DNA of 64,000 nt from Candidatus Sericytochromatia bacterium (lineage in GTDB: Bacteria > Cyanobacteriota > Sericytochromatia > S15B-MN24 > UBA4093), in NCBI GenBank assembly GCA_036676495.1, contig JAKFCT010000080.1, forward strand, positions 1 to 64,000, in the 5' to 3' direction. Position 1 is the first letter of the stretch. Every line of letters begins with the position of its first letter. Positions 1 through 9,824 of the stretch are shown one piece after another. Position numbers and translations under genes: made by a program. The notes under the pieces were generated by a model, which searched no databases, was not told where the DNA came from, and was given only the letters and a program-made list of their open reading frames with translations.

Positions 1-117
1 GCTCCCATGGTCCGGGTCACCGGCTGGGACACCCCGTTCCCCTACACGCTCGATCTCGAGTACCTGCCCAGCGCGGAGCGGGTCGTCGAGGCGATGCAGA
101 AGGTCATCAACTTCTAG
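1..117 (+). CDS. 2-oxoacid dehydrogenase E1 beta subunit, C-terminal fragment (partial)
   Basis: Frame 1 reads APMVRVTGWDTPFPYTLDLEYLPSAERVVEAMQKVINF*, a typical E1beta C-terminus (G-x-D-T-P-F-P); lies directly upstream of E2. Confidence 0.85.
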   Translation, partial: APMVRVTGWDTPFPYTLDLEYLPSAERVVEAMQKVINF

Positions 118-126
118 GAGGATTCG

Positions 127-1506
127 ATGTCTACGCAAACTCAAAACCTCCTGGAGTTCCGCCTTCCCGACATCGGCGAGGGCGTGGTCGAGGGCGAACT
201 GGTCGCCTGGCTCGTAAAGCCCGGTGACGAGGTGGCCGAAGACCAGGCCATGTTCGAGGTCATGACCGACAAGGCCACGGCCGAGATCCCCTCCCCCCGG
301 AAGGGCAAGATCATCAAGACCATCGGCGAGGTCGGCCAGATCATCAACGTCGGCGACGTGGTCGTCGTGATCGAGATGGAAGCGGGCGCCACGGCTCCCG
401 TCATGCACGGTCAGCACGGCAGCGAGGCCCCCGCGGCCCAGCCGGCGCTCCCGCTTGCCGAGACGGGCTGCGTCCTTTACGACAAGCTCCCCGAGGCCCC
501 CGAGACCGTCGAGCACGCGGTGAACGCGTTCGGCCGGATCCTCGCCACCCCTGCCACCCGCAAGGCGGCTCGGGAACTGGGCGTCGAGCTGAACCGGGTC
601 CCCGGTACCGGTCCCAAGGGCCGGATCACCAAGGAAGACGTCCGTCGGGTCGCCGAGGGCGGCGCGATGGCCGCCGTCCCGGCTGCTCAGGCCGCTCCCG
701 CTGCGACCGTCCAGGTTGCTGCTTCATCCCAAGCTGTCCAGCCGCAGGCGCTTCCCGTGCCTGCGGCGGCCAAGCCGGCCGCTCCGGTCACCGTCTCTCA
801 CGCCCCCGCGCTCGAAGAGCGGATCCCCCTGCGCGGCCTGCGCAAGAAGATCTCCGAGAAGATGGCCCAGTCGGTGCATACCGCGGCCCACTTCACGGTC
901 GTGGACGAGGCGGACGTGACCGAGCTGGTCAAGCTGCGCGCCGACAACAAGACGGCCGCTGCCGCCAACGGCGTGAAGCTCACGTTCGTGCCCTTCATGC
1001 TCAAGGCCGTGGCGATCGCCCTCAAGGAATTCCCCATGCTCAACGCCTCGCTCGACGAGGCCACCCAGGAGCTCGTGCTCAAGAAGTACTACAACCTGGG
1101 CGTGGCGGTTTCCGCCGATGCGGGCCTGATCGTCCCCGTCGTCCGCGACGTGGACAAGAAGTCCCTCTTCCAGGTCGCCCGCGAGGTCGAGGAAATCGCC
1201 GAGCGCGCGCGCATCGGCAAGAACTCGCTCGATGAGCTGCAGGGCGGCACCTTCACGGTGTCGAGCATCGGCAACATCGGTGGCCTCATCGCCACCCCGG
1301 TCATCAACTACCCCGAGGTCGGCATCCTCGCGGTCACCAAGATCCAGAAGCGGCCTGTCATCCGCAACGACGAGATCGTGGCCCGCGACATGCTCTACCT
1401 CTCCCTCTCCTTCGATCACCGTGTGGTCGACGGAGCGGACGGGGTGAAGTTCTGCAACCGGATCATCCAGTTGCTCGAGAACCCGACGCTGCTCTTGATG
1501 GCGTAA
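127..1506 (+). CDS. Dihydrolipoamide acyltransferase (E2) of a pyruvate or branched-chain 2-oxoacid dehydrogenase
   Basis: Lipoyl domain (LPDIGEG...VMTDKAT), E3-binding domain (ILATPATRKAARELG...GTGPKGRI), catalytic DHRVVDG; substrate specificity cannot be resolved from sequence. Confidence 0.93.
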   Translation: MSTQTQNLLEFRLPDIGEGVVEGELVAWLVKPGDEVAEDQAMFEVMTDKATAEIPSPRKGKIIKTIGEVGQIINVGDVVVVIEMEAGATAPVMHGQHGSEAPAAQPALPLAETGCVLYDKLPEAPETVEHAVNAFGRILATPATRKAARELGVELNRVPGTGPKGRITKEDVRRVAEGGAMAAVPAAQAAPAATVQVAASSQAVQPQALPVPAAAKPAAPVTVSHAPALEERIPLRGLRKKISEKMAQSVHTAAHFTVVDEADVTELVKLRADNKTAAAANGVKLTFVPFMLKAVAIALKEFPMLNASLDEATQELVLKKYYNLGVAVSADAGLIVPVVRDVDKKSLFQVAREVEEIAERARIGKNSLDELQGGTFTVSSIGNIGGLIATPVINYPEVGILAVTKIQKRPVIRNDEIVARDMLYLSLSFDHRVVDGADGVKFCNRIIQLLENPTLLLMA

Positions 1507-1512
1507 GACGCT

Positions 1513-1544
1513 CAGGGCCTCTGGGGTGCGCCTCGGAGGCCCTG
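1513..1544 (+). terminator. Stem-loop after E2 gene
   Basis: CAGGGCCTCTGGGG-TGCG-CCTCGGAGGCCCTG hairpin (with G:U pairs), weak U-tract. Confidence 0.5.
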
Positions 1545-1563
1545 GTCTTGGGAGGCATTGGTC

Positions 1564-2097
1564 ATGACGCTTCGCATCTTGGCATCCCTGGTCCTGGGCG
1601 GCATCGCGCTCTCAGGCTTGACGGCCTGCACGCAGGTCGCGGAGATCTTCGGCAAGTTCCAGCCACCCTGCACGATCGAGCAGGACCAGGCCGCCCGCCT
1701 CTTCGCGATCGACGCGCCCGAGACGGCCCAGGCCGGAGAAACCTTTTCGATCGTGGTCTGGACCTCGCTGGGAGGAGACCTGAAGGATTTCGTGACCCCG
1801 TTGCCGGGGACTTACCGGGCGGACGTGGACGCGGCGGCCCGGACCATCACCCTGTCCGGGAAGGTGCGGGCCGACGTCGGGAATCCCGAGGCGGACTGCA
1901 TGCTCACGATGGGCATGCCTGCGCCAAAAGGGGCTACAATGAGCATCGATGTCTCGGCGCCCGCGGGGATCTACACCCTGACGATCCCCGAAGCGGTCTT
2001 CGAGCGCCAAAAGCCCATCTCGTCGCCTTACTTCGGCGCCCCGATGCCCTTCGACTACCCGGAGCCCGTGGCGACGCGATCGATGACCATCCAGTAA
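1564..2097 (+). CDS. Hypothetical lipoprotein (paralog of 42018..42500)
   Basis: GGAGG RBS, signal peptide ending in lipobox LTAC; DVDAAARTITL motif shared with the 42018 protein. Confidence 0.7.
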   Translation: MTLRILASLVLGGIALSGLTACTQVAEIFGKFQPPCTIEQDQAARLFAIDAPETAQAGETFSIVVWTSLGGDLKDFVTPLPGTYRADVDAAARTITLSGKVRADVGNPEADCMLTMGMPAPKGATMSIDVSAPAGIYTLTIPEAVFERQKPISSPYFGAPMPFDYPEPVATRSMTIQ

Positions 2098-2154
2098 AAA
2101 CCCTGTCCGTGAAACGGAACCTGATACGGTTGGCTTAGGAGAGCATTTCAGAAT

Positions 2155-3585
2155 ATGCAGAAGAAGAATGTAGACGCGCTGGTGATCGGTGCCGGCCCCG
2201 GCGGTTACGTGGCCGCCATCCGCCTCGCCCAGCTCGGTAAGAAGACCCTCTTGGTCGAGAAGAACTCCCTGGGCGGGGTCTGCCTCAACGTGGGCTGCAT
2301 CCCCTCCAAGGCGCTCATCACCGCCGCCAAGACCGTCGACAAGATCCGCAAGGCCGACCAGATGGGCATCATCGTGGGCGACCTCGTGATCGACTTCCCC
2401 AAGTTGATCAGCTGGAAGGACGGCATCGTCTCGAAGCTGACCGGTGGCATCGGCACCCTGGTCAAGGGTAACGGCGGCGAGGTCCTCATGGGCACGGCGA
2501 CCTTCCGCAGCCCCCGCGAGATCGAGGTCGAGACCCCCAACGGCCCGGTCCTGGTCGAAGCCGAGAACGTCATCATCGCCACCGGCTCCCGGCCCATCGA
2601 GATCCCCGGCTTCAAGTTCGACGGCCGCCGGGTCATCAGCTCGACCGAAGCCCTCTCCCTCACCGAGATCCCCAACCGCCTGCTCGTCGTCGGCGGCGGC
2701 TACATCGGCCTCGAGATGGGCATCATGTACGCCAAGCTCGGCGCCAATGTGACCGTCGTCGAGCGCGCGGACCAGGTCCTGCCCGGCTTCGACCCCGAGA
2801 TCGCCCAGGTGATCGCGCGCCAGCTGAAGAAGCTGAACGTGAACGTGGTCCTCAATGCGGCAGCCAAGGGCTGGACCGACGGCCCGCTCTGCGCCAAGGT
2901 GCAGATCGAACAGAACGGCCGGATCTCGGATCTCGATGCCGACAAGATCCTCGTCACCGTGGGCCGCAAGCCCAACACCGAGGGCTTCGGGCTCGATAAG
3001 ATCGGTGTCCAGCTCGACGAGCGCGGCTTCATCAAGGTCAACAACCAGCTCAAGACCAACGTTCCCGGCGTTTACGCCATCGGCGACGTCTGCGGCCAGC
3101 CCATGCTCGCCCACAAGGCCTCCAAGGACGCCGAGGTGGCCGCTGAAGTGATCGCCGGCCATCCCGCCGTTCAGGACGCCAAGGTCATTCCCGCCGTGGT
3201 CTTCACCGACCCTGAGATCGGCTCGGCCGGCCTCTCGGAAGCCGAAGCCAAGGAGAAGGGCTTCGACGTCATCGTCGGCAAGTTCCCCTTCGCCGCCCTG
3301 GGGCGCGCCATGACCACCGGCGAAACCGACGGCTTCGTCAAGGTCGTCGCCGACAAGGGCACCCAGGAGGTGCTGGGCATCCACATCGTAGGCCCAGGGG
3401 CGTCGGATCTGATCGCCGAGGGCGCGCTCGCCATCGAGATGGGCGCTTTCATCGACGACCTCAGCCTCACGGTGCATGCCCATCCCACCCTGGCCGAGGG
3501 CCTCATGGAGGCGGCCAAGGCGGCGGTCGGAGAGGCCATTCACGCCCTCAACCCCCGCAAGGACAAGACCCCGGTCGCCCGGTAA
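2155..3585 (+). CDS. lpdA: Dihydrolipoyl dehydrogenase (E3)
   Basis: GAGPGG FAD motif, GGVCLNVGCIPSK redox disulfide, GGGYIG NAD motif, HAHPTLAE catalytic His-Glu. Confidence 0.97.
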   Translation: MQKKNVDALVIGAGPGGYVAAIRLAQLGKKTLLVEKNSLGGVCLNVGCIPSKALITAAKTVDKIRKADQMGIIVGDLVIDFPKLISWKDGIVSKLTGGIGTLVKGNGGEVLMGTATFRSPREIEVETPNGPVLVEAENVIIATGSRPIEIPGFKFDGRRVISSTEALSLTEIPNRLLVVGGGYIGLEMGIMYAKLGANVTVVERADQVLPGFDPEIAQVIARQLKKLNVNVVLNAAAKGWTDGPLCAKVQIEQNGRISDLDADKILVTVGRKPNTEGFGLDKIGVQLDERGFIKVNNQLKTNVPGVYAIGDVCGQPMLAHKASKDAEVAAEVIAGHPAVQDAKVIPAVVFTDPEIGSAGLSEAEAKEKGFDVIVGKFPFAALGRAMTTGETDGFVKVVADKGTQEVLGIHIVGPGASDLIAEGALAIEMGAFIDDLSLTVHAHPTLAEGLMEAAKAAVGEAIHALNPRKDKTPVAR

Positions 3586-3592
3586 CCTGACC

Positions 3593-4249
3593 ATGCAGGC
3601 GCTCATCGTCGACCTCGGCACATGCGACTATCTGGAGGCCTGGAGCCTCCAGAAGCGCCTGGTCGAGCTACGAGCGGACGATCGGATCCCTGATGTCCTC
3701 TTGTACGTTGAGCATCCGCACGTCCTCACGCTGGGCCGGAAGCCCGGCGCAGCGGAGGACGTCCTGGTCCGGGGCCGCGTGCCGGTCTACGAGATCGAGC
3801 GAGGCGGCGAGGCGACGTATCACGGGCCCGGCCAGCTGGTCGGGTACCCCATCTTCAAGCTGCAAGAAGGCGAACGGGACCTTCATCGCTTCCTGCGCAA
3901 CCAGGAAGAGGCGCTGATCCGGGCGATCGCCCCCTACGGCCTCGAAGGCGATCGCAACCCCGGCTACACCGGAGTCTGGTGCCAGGGCAAGAAGCTCGCC
4001 TCCATCGGGGTCGCCGTCCGCCGCTGGGTCACCTATCACGGCTTCGGCCTCAACGTCAGCACCGACCTCAGCTACTTCGGCCTGATCAACCCTTGCGGCC
4101 TCTCGGCCGACATCATGAGCTCGGTGGAAGCTCTGGCGGGCCGCCCGGTGCCCATGCCGGAGATCAAGGACGCGATCCGCGACCATTTCTCCGCGATCTT
4201 CGAGCGGACACTCGTCCCGGCCGATCTCTCCACGGTTCTTCCCGCCTAG
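3593..4249 (+). CDS. lipB: Lipoyl(octanoyl) transferase
   Basis: EHPHVLTLG, RGGEATYHGPGQLVGYPI, KLASIG, HGFGLNV, INPCGL motifs; start set at the ATG just after the lpdA stop. Confidence 0.95.
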   Translation: MQALIVDLGTCDYLEAWSLQKRLVELRADDRIPDVLLYVEHPHVLTLGRKPGAAEDVLVRGRVPVYEIERGGEATYHGPGQLVGYPIFKLQEGERDLHRFLRNQEEALIRAIAPYGLEGDRNPGYTGVWCQGKKLASIGVAVRRWVTYHGFGLNVSTDLSYFGLINPCGLSADIMSSVEALAGRPVPMPEIKDAIRDHFSAIFERTLVPADLSTVLPA

Positions 4250-4334
4250 CCCAGGGTAGCGAGAGTACCTGAAACCGCCTCAGTAGGGGAATTCAGGGTT
4301 CCACCCGAACGCTTGCTCGGCGTATACTGAGGGC

Positions 4335-5648
4335 ATGTTGAAGGCGAACTACCCATCGTTGCGCCGCTCGCTCCTCGTGAACGGCATGATTCCCTCCCTG
4401 GTCATCCTCTTGCTCGGAGGCCTGCTCTTCGCTCAAGTCCTGCGCGTGAGGGACGAAGCGAGCCTGGTGGCGCATACCATCTCGGTGCAGCGCCATGCCA
4501 ACCACGTGCACTCTCTGCTGGCAGGCGCGGAATCCGACCTTCGCGGTTTCCTGATCACCGGGAATCCTTCCTTCCGGCAATCCCACCTGAACTTGAACCT
4601 CAAGATCCAGCAGGAGCTCCAGAGCCTGGAGAGGCTCGTTCACGATAACCCCTCGCAGGTACGCGCGGTCCGGGACATCGAGGCGATGTGGCCAAACTGG
4701 GAGCGGAACGCCGCCCGAGAGATCCGGGCCTGGGAGGCCGGCGATCTGCAGTTTCGCGAGTACGTCATGGGGCCTCATGGGGCGCCGCTGATGCAGCAAA
4801 TGCAGCGGGTCCTGGGGGAATTCATCGACCGCGAGGGCGTCCTGCTCGAGTCACGCCAGGCGGCACTGTGGAGAACGAGCCAGCTCTCGGGCGTTGCCGG
4901 TGCGGGCGGGCTCACCCTCGCCATCGCGTTCTTCGCGCTGTTCAGCTTCCGCCAGTTCCGCTTGCTCGATCGCTATTACCGGGGCAACATCCAGACCCTG
5001 GAGCAGCAGAAAACCCAGATGATGAGCCTGATGGGGTCGCTGGAGGAAGCGAAGGCGACCCTCGAAGTCCGCGTGGCGGAGCGGACGCATGAACTCGAGC
5101 TCGCCAACGAAGCGCTGGGCCGCCTTGCGGCGCTGGATGGCTTGACCGGGATTCCCAACCGCCGCAGCTTCGACGACCTCCTTCAGCGCGAGTGGCTACT
5201 CGCCCGGCGAAACGCGACGTGGCTGTCCTGCATCCTGGTCGACATCGATCATTTCAAGGCCTACAACGATACGTACGGTCATCAGGCCGGTGATGATTGC
5301 CTGATCACGGTGGCCAAGGCCCTCCAGGCTTGCAGCAGCCGCCCCGGAGATCTGGTCGCGCGCTACGGTGGCGAGGAGTTCGGCATCCTCCTGCCGGATA
5401 CGGACGCTGCCGGAGCCTGCGACCTCGCGGAACGCATGCGCCGGGAGATCGAGCGTCTCGCCCTGCCTCATGCGGGCTCTTCCGTGGGGCCCATCCTCAC
5501 GTTGAGCCTCGGGGTGGCAACCCTGGACACTTCCGAGGCCTCGCCTGAGGACCTCCTGAGAGCAGCCGATGAAGCGCTGTACGAGGCCAAGCATCATGGC
5601 CGGAACCGGGTCCGCAGCGCCCAGGCCGTCGCCGTGGAGCAAGCTTGA
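4335..5648 (+). CDS. Membrane diguanylate cyclase (CHASE3 + GGDEF)
   Basis: Two TM segments flanking a CHASE3-like region (AESDLRGFLITG); DGLTGIPNRR, RPGD I-site, GGEEF active site. Confidence 0.92.
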   Translation: MLKANYPSLRRSLLVNGMIPSLVILLLGGLLFAQVLRVRDEASLVAHTISVQRHANHVHSLLAGAESDLRGFLITGNPSFRQSHLNLNLKIQQELQSLERLVHDNPSQVRAVRDIEAMWPNWERNAAREIRAWEAGDLQFREYVMGPHGAPLMQQMQRVLGEFIDREGVLLESRQAALWRTSQLSGVAGAGGLTLAIAFFALFSFRQFRLLDRYYRGNIQTLEQQKTQMMSLMGSLEEAKATLEVRVAERTHELELANEALGRLAALDGLTGIPNRRSFDDLLQREWLLARRNATWLSCILVDIDHFKAYNDTYGHQAGDDCLITVAKALQACSSRPGDLVARYGGEEFGILLPDTDAAGACDLAERMRREIERLALPHAGSSVGPILTLSLGVATLDTSEASPEDLLRAADEALYEAKHHGRNRVRSAQAVAVEQA

Positions 5649-5673
5649 GCCAAGCCTTTCGTCCTTTTGAAGT

Positions 5674-5703
5674 CGCGATCCCTGCCTGAAGGTGGGGATC
5701 GCG
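5674..5703. terminator. Hairpin between convergent genes
   Basis: CGCGATCCCTGCCT-GA-AGGTGGGGATCGCG followed by TCTTT. Confidence 0.6.
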
Positions 5704-5706
5704 TCT

Positions 5707-6786
5707 TTAAGGCGGGGTGCTCTCAGGTGCGGGAGGGGGCGAGGTCTCGGGAGGAGCGTAGCTTTCCGTGCTCAGGAGATAGGCCAGCGGCAGGGTTAGC
5801 GGGCTGCTCGCCAGGATCATCCGCATGAAGAGCATCAACGAGACCGAGAGAATGGCTCCCAGGGGCCCGAAGACCCAGAGCCAGACCATGGCGCCGATCG
5901 CGATGGACGAGGTTCGCAGGCTCAGGCCTTTTCCGGTGAGGCGCGGAGTGATCAGGTTGTCCATCAGCCCGTTGATGACGAACGCCAGCAGCAGGAGCAG
6001 GAGGCTCGTGTTGACGCCGTACTGAACGAAGGCCATGAGCGTCGGGGGGATGAAGCTCAAGAGCATGCCGAAGCGCGGGATGTAGCTCATGAAGAACGTC
6101 AGCAGGCCCCAGAGCAGCGCGAAGTCGATCCGAACGGCGAGGTAAACGAGGGTGAGCACCAGGGCGCTGATGCCGTTGCTGAGGGTCGCGATCTGGTACT
6201 GCGCCTGCACCTCGCGCAAGAAGGCGCGGTACCTCACGACCATGGTGCTTTGCGGAAGGTGGTGCGCGTCGAACGCACGCCCCATGGAGGGAGCCTCGAC
6301 GGCCAAGATGAGCAAGAGGAACAGGAAGACGGAGAGGGAGGCCGCTTGCGCCAGGACCTTGCCGGTGAGCTCCAGGGCTGTTCGTGCCACCTTCTCTGGG
6401 TTCAGCGGCCCGCTCTGGACGAAGGCGCTGGGAGCGAGACCGCGCTGTTTCAGGTCGAGCACGATGGGGGCGAGCGTCTCGGAGAGCTGATCGCGGTACT
6501 GGGGGATGCGCGTGGCGAACGTCTCGAGTTGTCCCGCCACGAACGCGAGGATCAGAAACGCGATGACAAAGGCGCTCAGGAAGACCGTCGCGACCGCCAG
6601 GCCTCGGCGCAGCCCGCGTCGTTCGAAAAACTGGATGAGCGGAAACAGCGTGATGGCGAGGGTATAGGTGAGGAGCAAGGGGGCGAGTAAGCCCCCGGTG
6701 GTTTTCAGCAAGACCAGCAGCAGGAGCGCGCCCCCTCCGAGGAGGATCACGACCCCGAGCGGGGTGGAGTAGACGCTCGACCCCAT
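5707..6786 (-). CDS. AI-2E (UPF0118/PerM) family transporter
   Basis: Multi-TM protein with FFMSYIPRFG, DNLITPRL and WVFGPLGAILSV motifs typical of AI-2E; start trimmed to MGSSVY. Confidence 0.85.
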   Translation of the reverse strand: MGSSVYSTPLGVVILLGGGALLLLVLLKTTGGLLAPLLLTYTLAITLFPLIQFFERRGLRRGLAVATVFLSAFVIAFLILAFVAGQLETFATRIPQYRDQLSETLAPIVLDLKQRGLAPSAFVQSGPLNPEKVARTALELTGKVLAQAASLSVFLFLLLILAVEAPSMGRAFDAHHLPQSTMVVRYRAFLREVQAQYQIATLSNGISALVLTLVYLAVRIDFALLWGLLTFFMSYIPRFGMLLSFIPPTLMAFVQYGVNTSLLLLLLAFVINGLMDNLITPRLTGKGLSLRTSSIAIGAMVWLWVFGPLGAILSVSLMLFMRMILASSPLTLPLAYLLSTESYAPPETSPPPAPESTPP

Positions 6787-6964
6787 CGCCCTGCCCTCCG
6801 ACTCGGCCTCCGCGTTTCGCTCCGTCCCGCCCGGACCCGTTCGCGGAGGCCCCCCCGAGTATCCCTCCGCGGGACCGCGCGCCATGAGGACGGATTGCCG
6901 AACACGCTGGGCCGTCATGAACGAAGGTCCCGCCCAACCGGGCGGGACCTTCGTCGAACCTTGT

Positions 6965-7381
6965 CTAGCGGAGCGCCGGAGCGCCTTCCACCCAGAGCGT
7001 CCGGATGCGCTCGGGAAGCCGCGTCGAGAAGAAGTCGACGTCCTGGTCGTCAAGCACGGCCTGGAACCGGTTGAAGACCACCCGGACGATGTCCTCGGTC
7101 AACTTGCGGTCCCGGATCTCGGCGAGCCTCCCAACCCGGTCGAAGAACTGATCCTCGCGCCAGATCTCCTCGCGCCGGTGCGTCCGGAACGCCGTCTTGA
7201 ACGGATCGCCCACCCAGTAGGCCTGGACCGCCTTGGGCAAGCGCAGCTCGATGGCCGCCGCATGGGCGCTGGAGATGGTCTCGCGCAGCGTCGAGAGCAC
7301 CGCCGCCGTCAGCAGCTCGGCATGAAAGGGGTTCTGCAAATCCAGGTCGCCCTGGACCTTGGTGATGAAGTCTTCCACCAT
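6965..7381 (-). CDS. DUF2267-like protein
   Basis: AGGAGG RBS before MVEDF; AVLSTLRE...LP..., FFDRV...VRVVF...LPERIRTLW two-repeat pattern. Confidence 0.65.
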   Translation of the reverse strand: MVEDFITKVQGDLDLQNPFHAELLTAAVLSTLRETISSAHAAAIELRLPKAVQAYWVGDPFKTAFRTHRREEIWREDQFFDRVGRLAEIRDRKLTEDIVRVVFNRFQAVLDDQDVDFFSTRLPERIRTLWVEGAPALR

Positions 7382-7508
7382 CGCTATGCCATTCCTCCTG
7401 AGAGTGGGCGCTCCAGGGCCCGCCCGGAGCGGAGAAGCGCCGCTTGCGCCATTATAGCCCAAGTCGCTTTCCATGGCATCGCCGTGACCCCCACCCCGTT
7501 CCAGCTCG

Positions 7509-8183
7509 CTAGAATGTCATCCGGATGCCCGCGATCGACGTCCCGAAGAGCGTCGCCTCGAAGCCCCCGAACTTGAGCGCCGTCTCCGGCAGGAACTGCA
7601 GCATCGGCAGGTAGAAGTCCTGGTTGCCCGCCGAGAAGGAGGCCGTCCGCGCGTCCCCGGGAGCCCAGCTGGCCCCCCCGAAGGTCCAGGCCTGCCCGCC
7701 GTTCTGGTTGGGACCCACGTAGTAGGTCATCCCGATCGGGTAGCGCATGATGAACCACGGGGTGATGGGCAACGACAGCAGCACGTACGCCGATGCGGCC
7801 CCCATGTTCTGGAAGGCGTCAGGAACGTTCTTCACCTGGGAATCCATGAGCTTGCCGTAATCCCCCGTCGGAATGCTGAGGCGGCCGCCCACCCCGAGAT
7901 TCCAGCCGTCGGCGTCACCCAGCAAGCGAAGGGTCGCGCGGGCGCCGATCCCGCCCCAGGCCGTGCCTGCCTTGGAGTCCCGGGCGTCCACCCCGATGAT
8001 CAGGTTCGGGCTGATGCCCAGGTCGACCGAGAAGGCTCCGGGGTCGAAGCCGATCCCGAGGTTCCCCGCGCCCATGTCGGTGCGCGGCCCGGTTCCGGCG
8101 GCGGCGGGCATGGCCGCCCCCGCGATCAGCATCCCGGCGATGAGGGTTCCTGCGAGCGTCTTCTTCATGATGCGGTTCTCCAT
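7509..8183 (-). CDS. Exported hypothetical protein, possible small outer-membrane beta-barrel
   Basis: AAGGAGG RBS, Sec signal (AMPAAA), alternating Gly/aromatic strands, C-terminal Phe (GIRMTF). Confidence 0.55.
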   Translation of the reverse strand: MENRIMKKTLAGTLIAGMLIAGAAMPAAAGTGPRTDMGAGNLGIGFDPGAFSVDLGISPNLIIGVDARDSKAGTAWGGIGARATLRLLGDADGWNLGVGGRLSIPTGDYGKLMDSQVKNVPDAFQNMGAASAYVLLSLPITPWFIMRYPIGMTYYVGPNQNGGQAWTFGGASWAPGDARTASFSAGNQDFYLPMLQFLPETALKFGGFEATLFGTSIAGIRMTF

Positions 8184-8355
8184 CGTAGGCCTCCTTCCTT
8201 GAGTCACCTCTCACCCTACTGCCTCCCGATCACGAGATCGCTCACATGACGCTCGTCGCTGCGCCCGAGGCTTGCCGGCCATGTGGAAGGGCTTGCATAT
8301 CAGCGAGCGACAAGGCTAAAATCGAGCGTTTCCCTGTCCTGAGAGGAGCCGCCCG

Positions 8356-9822
8356 ATGCCGATTCGCGATCTTCCCCCGTTGCTCTGGCTGTTGGCCGCC
8401 CTGGTGGCCGTCGCCGTCATCGGGATCGCGCTCTTCCGGAACTTCCGCGCCCCCGACTCCGAGACCCTCCCCCCGGCGGGCGCCCTGCGCTGGCTTCCCC
8501 CGGCGCTGCTGGCCCTCATGGCCATCGGCACCTTCTTTCTCGCGCCCAGCGGGGAGAAGGCGGGACTGGCGATCGCCGGCCTCCTCGTGGCGGGATCCCT
8601 CGGCTGGGCCTTCGGCATGGGCCCGTCCTGGCTCTTCGGGCGCGACGAGCCCGCCCGTGACCTGCTCGCCCGCGGGGCCGCTGCCCTCGGCCTGCTGGTC
8701 CTGGCCGACGCCCTCGTCCCGGATCCGGTCCTCGGCAGCTACGTGGTCATGGGCGGCCTGCTCGGCCTCTCCTGCACCGCCCTGCCCCTCGCGCTCGCGG
8801 CCCATCCTCGCGCCGAAGGCCTGAGCGCCGCGCTGGGCCTCGCGGCCGTGGCGGGAGCCGCCATGATCTGGGGCGATCGCGCCTTCCCCGACGTCTCGCT
8901 CGGCTCCGCCTGGGCGCTGGGCCTGACCGCCCTCACCTTCGGGATCGCCTACGCCATGACCTGGCTTCCCCGCAACGCGGCCCCCTTCGTCGGCGCCGCC
9001 CTCACCATGGCGCTCGTCGCTCCCCTCGGCTTCTGGGGCTTCCGGCTCGACGCCAACGTGGTCTTTCCCTCCCTCATGGGCTTCGTCCTCGCCCTCCTCC
9101 TCTCCCTGCTCTTGCTGGCGACCGAGCGCATCAGCCCCGAGCGTTCGGGCCCCCTTCCAGCCCTGGCCCTGGTCCTGGTTGCCGGCGGCTTCCTGCTGCT
9201 CGCCAATCGTCTCTTCGGCATGCTGGGCGTGGGTCTCACGGGAATCGGCCTTTCCGTCCTGATCCTGGCGCCGGGGCGCGCGGCGATGCTCACGGGCATC
9301 CTGGTCTCGGGCTTCGCGGGTCGCGCCTTCCTCCAGCTCTTCCTGGATCGGACCTACCTCAACCAGTACGGCGTGGACCTGACCCATACCTACACCTCCT
9401 TCGGGCTGATCGCCGCCTTCTTCGTCCCCTTCGCCCTGGCCGCCCTCCGCCGGACCCTCTCCCCCTCGGGCGTTCTCCTGGGCATCGAGGCCTTTGTGTT
9501 GCTGTCCCTGCCTGCCTTGATGGGGTACTTCATCCACGTGGATCCGCTGGCGAGCTACCTCGCGGGCCTGCTGGTCACCGTCTACGTGCTGGGAATCCTG
9601 GCCGAGGAAGGTCTCACCACCTACCGCTTCGCGCCCTTGATGCCGCCCTTGCTGCTTTCGGCCGCCGCGGTCAGCGTGCTCTCCGCCCCCTGGCTCATCA
9701 CGGTCCTGAACGCTCCCCGCAAGGACCGCCTGATCGTCTTCGCCCTGGTGATCCTCCTGCTGCTCGCCTACCTGATCGCCCTGGTGCGCCAGCGCCCCGC
9801 CGCTCCGGCAGAAGCGCTCTAG
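8356..9822 (+). CDS. Uncharacterised polytopic membrane protein
   Basis: AGGAG RBS; hydrophobic throughout (more than 12 probable TM helices); no recognised transporter motif; first gene of an operon with PBP and SpoIID. Confidence 0.75.
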   Translation: MPIRDLPPLLWLLAALVAVAVIGIALFRNFRAPDSETLPPAGALRWLPPALLALMAIGTFFLAPSGEKAGLAIAGLLVAGSLGWAFGMGPSWLFGRDEPARDLLARGAAALGLLVLADALVPDPVLGSYVVMGGLLGLSCTALPLALAAHPRAEGLSAALGLAAVAGAAMIWGDRAFPDVSLGSAWALGLTALTFGIAYAMTWLPRNAAPFVGAALTMALVAPLGFWGFRLDANVVFPSLMGFVLALLLSLLLLATERISPERSGPLPALALVLVAGGFLLLANRLFGMLGVGLTGIGLSVLILAPGRAAMLTGILVSGFAGRAFLQLFLDRTYLNQYGVDLTHTYTSFGLIAAFFVPFALAALRRTLSPSGVLLGIEAFVLLSLPALMGYFIHVDPLASYLAGLLVTVYVLGILAEEGLTTYRFAPLMPPLLLSAAAVSVLSAPWLITVLNAPRKDRLIVFALVILLLLAYLIALVRQRPAAPAEAL

Positions 9823-9824
9823 GC

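Noticed and set aside
1612-3621. 669-aa antisense ORF over lpdA (and similar long shadow ORFs at 8242, 14313, 40336, 50692, 52385 and 54396)
   Set aside because: Antisense or alternate-frame shadows of well-supported genes; expected in high-GC DNA and without recognisable motifs
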